NCBI GenBank assembly: GCA_048885535.1
Contig: JBHLLO010000032.1
Coordinates: forward strand, 1 to 32,610
Origin: Candidatus Hermodarchaeota archaeon
GTDB lineage: Archaea; Asgardarchaeota; Lokiarchaeia; Sigyniarchaeales; SOKP01
Length of the DNA: 32,610 bases
Direction of reading: 5' to 3'
Below the pieces are notes generated by a model that had not been told where the DNA came from, did no database searches, and saw nothing but the letters and a program-made list of their open reading frames with translations. Position 1 is the stretch's first letter, and each line of letters starts with the position of its first letter. Shown here piece after piece: positions 26,717 to 32,610 of this stretch. The position numbers and the translations under genes were made by a program.

Positions 26717-28159
26717 ATGGATATTAAGCTTAAATTTGGAATAAGTGCTTTCTTAGTAATTTTACTACAATCTAGTTTGAAGATTATAGGCGTCATAATC
26801 ACTGGAAGTTTAAGTTTCTTATCTGAAACTGTAGATACTTTATCAGATATTGTTTTTGTCTTTTTAACTATTTTTTCTATTTATTTTAGTCAGCGACCTC
26901 CTGATTATGAGCACATGTATGGACATTCTAAAATGGATTCGATTGGAGCGATGATCCAGGGTGTATTTCTTATAACTACCTATTTCTTCTTAATAGTTAA
27001 TGCAATTCAAGTAATAATTGAACAATCTTATATTGTTAAGAATCCAAATTTTGGTTTCCAGATTCTTATTATCTCCTTTTTAATTAATATTATATATTCT
27101 AGAATTTTAATATGGCAAGGAAATAAAAGAAAAAGCTTATCTTTGCAAGTACAAGGATTAAATTTATTTCAGGATTCTTTAAGAGCTATTATAGTTATAG
27201 TTAGTTTTATCTTAGTATTATTTTTCAATATTACTTTCTTAGACCCTTTTTTTAGTATAGCACTTTCAATTTGGATAATTTGGAGTGCTATTAAGCTATT
27301 AAGAAAAGGAGTAGTAGATCTTGCTGATGTTAACCCTATTAGCTCTTATATCATAGAAGAGATAAGAGAGAAAGTATTCAAGTTAGAACATGTTAACGTT
27401 GTTGAGGATTTAAAGGTTCGAGCTAGTGGAAATGAACTTTTTATCGATGTAAGGCTTTCTGTTGAAGATCATATATCGATTGTACATGCCAATGAAATTA
27501 CTAAAGCAATATCTTCTATGTGTAAGTCCTATTTCCCATCTTATAAGGTTGAAAGTATTGTAGAAATGAATCCCCTTAGTGGAGAGGTTTCAATAGGGGA
27601 AAAAATTATTAATTTACTCCATTCTATGAAAAGTGAATTTCATGATATTCTTGAATTTAAAGATTTAAATGTTTTCAGCATTGAAGATATATATTTTCTT
27701 TCAATATCTATTGTGGTTAACCAAGAATTATCACTTAAAGCCGCTCATGATATAAGTAACAGTTTTGAAAAAGAATTAAAAAAAGAAGAACCTCTTATTT
27801 CTCGAGTAATTACTCACATTGAAACAGGGGCTATAAGTGAAAAGTTATCTACAAAACAATTAACTTGTAAAAGATTTAGCCAAGATGAGTTAAAATTAAT
27901 TCAAAATAAAATTGAATCGGTTCTGAGAGCTCAACCAGAAGTTAAAGGGTATCATGGATTTGAATTATGGTCAACCACAGATTTTTGTATTCTTGAGTTA
28001 CATATCTTTTTTGATGGAAATTTAAACATTGCTCATGTTCATAAAATTATTACAGTACTTGAGGAAAAAGTTATTAAGATTCTTAATATTGAAGATTTAC
28101 ATGAAATTGTCTTTCATTCAGAGCCTTTAAGGGGTCGTACAGACGGGATTATATTTTAA
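26717..28159 (+). CDS. Cation diffusion facilitator (CDF) transporter with three C-terminal dimerisation-type domains
   Basis: 6 TMs, GSLSFLSETVDTLSD, PPDYEHMYGHSKMD, NLFQD. Three repeats end in VEMNP, THIET and FHSEP. Confidence 0.92.
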   Translation: MDIKLKFGISAFLVILLQSSLKIIGVIITGSLSFLSETVDTLSDIVFVFLTIFSIYFSQRPPDYEHMYGHSKMDSIGAMIQGVFLITTYFFLIVNAIQVIIEQSYIVKNPNFGFQILIISFLINIIYSRILIWQGNKRKSLSLQVQGLNLFQDSLRAIIVIVSFILVLFFNITFLDPFFSIALSIWIIWSAIKLLRKGVVDLADVNPISSYIIEEIREKVFKLEHVNVVEDLKVRASGNELFIDVRLSVEDHISIVHANEITKAISSMCKSYFPSYKVESIVEMNPLSGEVSIGEKIINLLHSMKSEFHDILEFKDLNVFSIEDIYFLSISIVVNQELSLKAAHDISNSFEKELKKEEPLISRVITHIETGAISEKLSTKQLTCKRFSQDELKLIQNKIESVLRAQPEVKGYHGFELWSTTDFCILELHIFFDGNLNIAHVHKIITVLEEKVIKILNIEDLHEIVFHSEPLRGRTDGIIF

Positions 28160-28170
28160 ATTAGAAACTG

Positions 28171-29313
28171 TTAAAAATTAAAATTATATTTTTCTAATCC
28201 TAATTCATCTTTTATATGTTTTATATCTTGTTGAATGCTTTTATTTAGCGGGATTCCCGTTTTCTTTATTTTAATTTCATTAAGATATTCTTTTTCGCCG
28301 CCTGTATAAATTCTTTCTGCTCCAGGTTCTTTTTTAGAGTTTCTTAAAGTCCTCAAAATCTCACCGGTTGTTTTATTAAAAGAATTTAATCCCATAAAAT
28401 TCTCAATGTTAATAGCTAGAAAGAAATGTCCCACTGGTAACCTTTTGCTTCCATCTTTGTAGGTTCCAGCATTTTCCTTTAAAAAATTACCCTCTTGCAA
28501 TGCTGATGAGAGAATTTCAACAAATGTAGCATAACCATATCCTTTATGACCAGAAGTGCTTTCTCCCTTTCCTCCCAGTGGTAATAAGGCAGCTGAAGCC
28601 TCATCTAAATCATGTAAAACTTCTTCTGGGTCGTCTTCAATTTTTCCATTTTTTGTTATTATTAATCCTGTAGGAAGTGATTTATGCAACCTATTATAGA
28701 CCTCAACCTTCCCTCTCTGTATTATTGAAGTAGCGCAATCAATTATAAAGGGAAACTCCTCATCGGATGGAACTCCCATGGTTAGAGGATTAGTACCTAA
28801 TAAGGGTTCAACCCCAAAAGTTGGAGGTACCATAGGTCGAGTATTTGTGGTTGTGATTCCAATCATACCTTCTTTAATGGCCATTAAGCTATAGAAACCA
28901 GCTATGCCAAAATGGCTAGAATTTCGAACAGCTACAGCACCTAAACCATACTTCTTCGCTTTCTTTATAGCTAATTTCATTGATTTATATGCTATTACAG
29001 GACCTAATCCAAATCCCCCATCAATAATAGCTGTGGTTGGAGTACTTTTAATTAATTTTACCTTAGTCCTTGTTTTATAAATTCCCAGTTTAATCCTTTC
29101 GTAGTATGTTCTTAATCTCTGAATGCCATGAGAGTCAATACCTCGTAGATCAGAAGCGATTAAGACATCAGCTACAATCTCTGCATGCTTTTTTGGAGCT
29201 CCTAACTTAACAAATACATCTTTGACGAAATCTTTCAAAAATTTGTGATTTACATAAACTGTGCCATCAAAGTCAATTTTCGAATCCTGTTCGCTGGTTT
29301 CTGTAGTATACAT
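28171..29313 (-). CDS. Ldh_2 family (malate/L-lactate/sulfolactate dehydrogenase-like) oxidoreductase, paralogue 2
   Basis: SDLRGIDSHG, VRNSSHFGIAG, GTNPL, DCATS, LLPLGG, GHKGYG, GHFFLAI. Confidence 0.93.
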   Translation of the reverse strand: MYTTETSEQDSKIDFDGTVYVNHKFLKDFVKDVFVKLGAPKKHAEIVADVLIASDLRGIDSHGIQRLRTYYERIKLGIYKTRTKVKLIKSTPTTAIIDGGFGLGPVIAYKSMKLAIKKAKKYGLGAVAVRNSSHFGIAGFYSLMAIKEGMIGITTTNTRPMVPPTFGVEPLLGTNPLTMGVPSDEEFPFIIDCATSIIQRGKVEVYNRLHKSLPTGLIITKNGKIEDDPEEVLHDLDEASAALLPLGGKGESTSGHKGYGYATFVEILSSALQEGNFLKENAGTYKDGSKRLPVGHFFLAINIENFMGLNSFNKTTGEILRTLRNSKKEPGAERIYTGGEKEYLNEIKIKKTGIPLNKSIQQDIKHIKDELGLEKYNFNF

Positions 29314-29424
29314 CGAATTATCAAAAGTATAGTGATGATATTTATTTTACATCCTTTCTATTTAATTAAAATCCTATTTAATATAAGGTGAAAATTAGTA
29401 TAAAACAAGAGAAAAAGATTAAAA

Positions 29425-30528
29425 TTAAAATTGAAATTTATATTGATTTAAACCAAGTTCTTTCTGCATAGTTATAATATCATTTTGTAAGCTTTTGTTT
29501 AAGGGGATTCCTGTTTTCATCCTGTTTAATTCTTCGTAATACTCCTTTTCACCAGCAGTATAGATTCTTTCGGCTTTTGGATCTTTTTTAGAACTTCTGA
29601 GATCTCTCATAATCTTACCAGCAGTCTTCTTAAAAGAATCGAGACCTGCAAAAGATTCAATATTTATGGCTAGAAAGAAGTGTCCTACTTTAAGTCTTTT
29701 TTGGCTCTCTTCCTCAACGCCTAAGGTATCTCTTAAAAAAATACCTTCTTGTAAAGCAGCTGATAGCAATTCCACTAAAGTAGCATATCCATATCCCTTA
29801 TATCCTGCAGTTTCCTCACCCTTTCCACCTAAAGGTAATAAAGCAGCTTTCTTATGAAGCATTCCCTCTAACACTTCGTTTGGATCCCTCATAATTTCTC
29901 CCTCATCATTAATTACAGTGTTTTCAGGGAGTGATTTATTAATTCTAGCATAAACCTCAACTTTTCCGCGCTGTATTATAGAAGTAGCGCAGTCAATTAA
30001 AAATGGAAAACCTTCATCAGTTGGAGCCCCCACAGTTAGAGGATTAGTGCCTAACATCGGTTCTACTCCAAACGTAGGTGGAACTGATGGTCTTGCATTA
30101 GTTACTGCCAAGCCTATCATTCCTTTTTTAATAGCCATTAAACTATAGAACCCTGCTATACCAAAATGACTGGAATTTCTAACAGCAACAGCACCCAAAC
30201 CATATTCTTTTGCCTTCCCTATTGCTGTTTTCATTGCTTTATAGGCAATTACATGGCCCATCCCATTATTTCCATCCCATAAAGCAGTTGTTGGACCATC
30301 CTTTATAATATCTATTTTTGTATTCACTTCATATATTCCTTGTTTGATTCTGTCATAATACATTTTACATCTTTGAATTCCATGGGATTCAATCCCTCGT
30401 AAGTCCGAAGTAACTAAAACTTCTGCGATTATATTAGCATCATCCTTAGGTACACCAAGCCCTATAAAGACATCCCTCATGAAATTTTCAAGAGTTTTAG
30501 CATCAAGATATACAATTTCTTTGGACAT
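29425..30528 (-). CDS. Ldh_2 family oxidoreductase, paralogue 1
   Basis: SDLRGIESHG, VRNSSHFGIAG, GTNPL, DCATS, LLPLGG, GYKGYG, GHFFLAI. Confidence 0.93.
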   Translation of the reverse strand: MSKEIVYLDAKTLENFMRDVFIGLGVPKDDANIIAEVLVTSDLRGIESHGIQRCKMYYDRIKQGIYEVNTKIDIIKDGPTTALWDGNNGMGHVIAYKAMKTAIGKAKEYGLGAVAVRNSSHFGIAGFYSLMAIKKGMIGLAVTNARPSVPPTFGVEPMLGTNPLTVGAPTDEGFPFLIDCATSIIQRGKVEVYARINKSLPENTVINDEGEIMRDPNEVLEGMLHKKAALLPLGGKGEETAGYKGYGYATLVELLSAALQEGIFLRDTLGVEEESQKRLKVGHFFLAINIESFAGLDSFKKTAGKIMRDLRSSKKDPKAERIYTAGEKEYYEELNRMKTGIPLNKSLQNDIITMQKELGLNQYKFQF

Positions 30529-30647
30529 TTTACATTACCATTTTCGTAATTAATAGTGAATTCTAGATTCTTACTCATTTCAATTTTATTATTATATTAT
30601 AAGCATATCATGAAATTTTTTGTAGAACGGTCTTTTTGTTGTGATTT

Positions 30648-30818
30648 ATGATTGTAAATGACATGAATACAAAAGTAAAAGGAAGTTTTTTCAAAGAGAT
30701 TATTGTAGATGATGACGAGGATGAAAATATAACTTATGTGTTCCCTGATACAAATGAATTTATAGCAATAATTAAAAGAAAGTTAGCAAAGGATCTGATA
30801 AAAACAGAAAAAATTTAG
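30648..30818 (+). CDS. Small hypothetical protein (56 aa, or 51 aa from ATG 30663), below the ORF-track cutoff
   Basis: MIVNDMNTKVKGSFFKEIIVDDDEDENITYVFPDTNEFIAIIKRKLAKDLIKTEKI*. Purine-rich, coding-like composition in an otherwise empty gap. Confidence 0.5.
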   Translation: MIVNDMNTKVKGSFFKEIIVDDDEDENITYVFPDTNEFIAIIKRKLAKDLIKTEKI

Positions 30819-30901
30819 TTTTGCAATTTTTATTGTAATCTTTCATTTTTTCTAATTCTGATTTCTATGTATCAGAAATCGATCTAAGAAAAGTTTTAAA
30901 A

Positions 30902-31205
30902 GTCCCGATTCTGTTTTCCAATCCAATTATTAGGACCATAAATACCATACCCCTCCGCTCCCTTACCATAAAGCGCGAGCAACTCAATTTACGGCTGCTC
31001 CATCCCTGGCCTTACCGGGTTCGTTATTACAGGATTATACCTTTCTTACAAAAGGTACCACCTAGCTACCCGCCATCATGGGGAGAGTTTCTCCGGAATA
31101 CGATACAGGCTAACAATAATTCATGGAACATCAAATCGGGCAATTTCCGTTAGGAGCTTTTTACGGTCCGTCTAGCATGAGACTTCAGGCATGCCCCAGT
31201 TGCCC
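30902..31205 (-). ncRNA. ffs: Signal recognition particle RNA (7S/large-type SRP RNA)
   Basis: GC-elevated ~304-nt non-coding island. The minus strand carries helix 8 CGAACCCGGUAAGG-CCA-GGGA-UGG-AGCAGCC (31023-30993) and helix 6 UACCUUUU-GUAA-GAAAGGUA (31057-31038, GNAR loop). Long-range pairing CCCGAUUUG / CAGAAUCGGG and a U-run follow at the 3' end. Ends are approximate. Confidence 0.92.
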
Positions 31206-31268
31206 AAATATATAAAACAATTATTAAATAAAAGATTAATTGTTGATTAAAAAAAAGAATTATAAGAA

Positions 31269-31715
31269 TTATTCTTTCTTTGATGTTGTCTTTAAAACAT
31301 AACGACAATGTCTATTACTGTTATCTTCAAGAATGCATTCTTTAATTTGAGCTTCAAATGTATAACTTGGGAGAAGCGTTGTTAAAAAACTTCTAGTATA
31401 TGGAATGCAAAGGTTGTTTTGAATTACTTGTGCTTGTTTTGGATTTTTTTTTCCACCGATTGGACAAAATCTCTTAGAATATTTAAGTAGTATATCATAA
31501 GTATTTTCATCAATTTTCTTTATAGAGGTTTTTGCTCCTAAGACCTTATATATCTGTTTCAAGGCGGGTTCTAAATCTTCATACCCTCTTGCCTTAATTA
31601 TTTCTGCTAGTTTTGAACCTAATTTAGTCGAAACTGCCCTTGGGAGATTCTCTCCGCCAACATCAATCATTTCATTAATAAACGCATGAAAGAATTTTAA
31701 CGCATCTTTAACCAT
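31269..31715 (-). CDS. Small V4R/methanogen-output-domain-like hypothetical protein
   Basis: Helical N-half (KLGSKLA), then FCPIGG...LCIPY...IKECIL...HCRYVL, a four-Cys pattern typical of V4R/MetOD1-like folds. Called by eye. Confidence 0.55.
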   Translation of the reverse strand: MVKDALKFFHAFINEMIDVGGENLPRAVSTKLGSKLAEIIKARGYEDLEPALKQIYKVLGAKTSIKKIDENTYDILLKYSKRFCPIGGKKNPKQAQVIQNNLCIPYTRSFLTTLLPSYTFEAQIKECILEDNSNRHCRYVLKTTSKKE

Positions 31716-31866
31716 TAATAATAACCCACTAATTTCTGAATATTTATTCTCATTCTAAAACCTACATGAAAAATCAAATTATTCTTATTTAAATTTATTT
31801 TTTTAGAGAAGTAGTTGTAATTATAGATAAAATAATTCATAAAAGGATCTATAACCAATTAGGATA

Positions 31867-32472
31867 TTATTTTTTTATTTCTTCCAATGTATATCTTAAG
31901 AGTTTATCTTTGTCTTCTTGAGCGTAATTAATTCCAATTCTCTTTTGTTGTATAATCTTTTTTGGATGTATTGACTCACCATTACTAAAAAATAACTTTG
32001 ACTTTGGAGAACATGAATCTTTACTATTAAATTTCTCTTTTGTAATATTCATTGCCATACATAGTTTACTTGGACCATCAACTAGATTTTTGTAATTCCT
32101 TCCGATTTTACAGCTTCTGTTTTCTTTCATAATTTCTATTCCATCAATTGGATATAACTTTCTGATCAATACTGCACATGGCATGTCTTTTGGTTCAGTA
32201 ATTACATTTAAACAGTAATACATTCCATATATAAAATAAACGTATAAAGTACCTGGATTCATATACATTGGTTTAGTTCTTTCTGTTCTTCTATAGTTAT
32301 AGCTGTGGCATGCTTTATCAGTAGGACCTAAATATGCCTCTAATTCTATTATTTTACCAATAAGATCCCCGTTTTTCGTCTTTCTCACTAAATATTTACC
32401 CAAAAATTCTTTAGCTACGTTTAATGTAGGCCTGTTAAAAAAATCCCTATTTAATCTTTCCAGTTCACTCAA
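31867..32472 (-). CDS. mpg: DNA-3-methyladenine glycosylase (AAG/MPG family)
   Basis: FFNRPTLNVAKEFLGKYL, IIELEAYLG, DKACHS, YVYFIYGMYYCLNV, AVLIR, GPSKLC, RIGI. TTG start. Confidence 0.95.
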   Translation of the reverse strand: MSELERLNRDFFNRPTLNVAKEFLGKYLVRKTKNGDLIGKIIELEAYLGPTDKACHSYNYRRTERTKPMYMNPGTLYVYFIYGMYYCLNVITEPKDMPCAVLIRKLYPIDGIEIMKENRSCKIGRNYKNLVDGPSKLCMAMNITKEKFNSKDSCSPKSKLFFSNGESIHPKKIIQQKRIGINYAQEDKDKLLRYTLEEIKK

Positions 32473-32516
32473 TTTAACTAGGTGAATTTTATTGTAAATT
32501 CAAGGTTGGATTATAT

Positions 32517-32609
32517 TTAAACTGCTTTTTTCAAAAGGAAACGTTTCTTTATCATACGTGTTAATTGATCATTCACATGAGATAGATTTATAAGTTCAGC
32601 TATGGTGGC
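32517..32609 (-). CDS. Possible 3' end of a gene entering from beyond the window
   Basis: Open frame ATIAELINLSHVNDQLTRMIKKRFLLKKAV* runs off the right edge. No family is recognisable. Confidence 0.4.
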   Translation of the reverse strand, partial: ATIAELINLSHVNDQLTRMIKKRFLLKKAV

Positions 32610-32610
32610 T

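Noticed and set aside
1476-29857. Short overlapping ORFs in the track (1476+, 4564+, 5583-, 13150-, 14768+, 15655+, 16930-, 18817-, 19168-, 20353+, 23019-, 23412-, 23781-, 24134-, 29666+)
   Set aside because: All lie antisense to or out of frame within well-supported genes and have no recognisable motifs. They are shadow ORFs.
30902-31205. tRNA, RNase P RNA or CRISPR explanation for the GC-elevated island
   Set aside because: No cloverleaf/T-loop, no RNase P P4 motif and no repeat-spacer periodicity. The SRP helix 6 and helix 8 motifs explain it.

Overview
AT-rich, gene-dense window. I infer an archaeal origin, most plausibly Asgard/Lokiarchaeia-like. The basis is a ~300-nt large-type SRP RNA, GTGA/GGTGA-type ribosome-binding motifs, tightly abutting convergent genes and an AOR; the taxonomy is not proven. 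Contents from left to right: (1) a 5'-truncated membrane protein with a tandem zinc-ribbon tail, then a chagasin-type protease inhibitor; (2) a ~9.3-kb nine-gene envelope/lipid-modification cluster (866-10188) with a CE4 deacetylase, three GT2 glycosyltransferases, a membrane-fused LbH acyltransferase, an alpha/beta hydrolase, a radical SAM enzyme, a LuxE-like acyl-protein synthetase with no LuxC in the window, and a CDP-alcohol phosphatidyltransferase; (3) glucan phosphorylase, Dus and MtnA; (4) an MBL-rhodanese/CMD/DUF302 module; (5) a run of an 832-aa unknown protein, DMT-like transporter, FAD oxidoreductase, AOR and DUF1848; (6) a SnoaL-like protein, a decayed flavoprotein gene fragment, a CDF transporter with three C-terminal domains and two tandem Ldh_2 paralogues; (7) the SRP RNA gene (minus strand, missed by the ORF track), whose 5' end resembles the human 7SL Alu domain; (8) a V4R/MetOD1-like protein and a 3-methyladenine glycosylase. 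I saw no CRISPR array, tRNA, rRNA or mobile element. The best candidate for an undescribed system is the acyl/glyco/phospholipid cluster.
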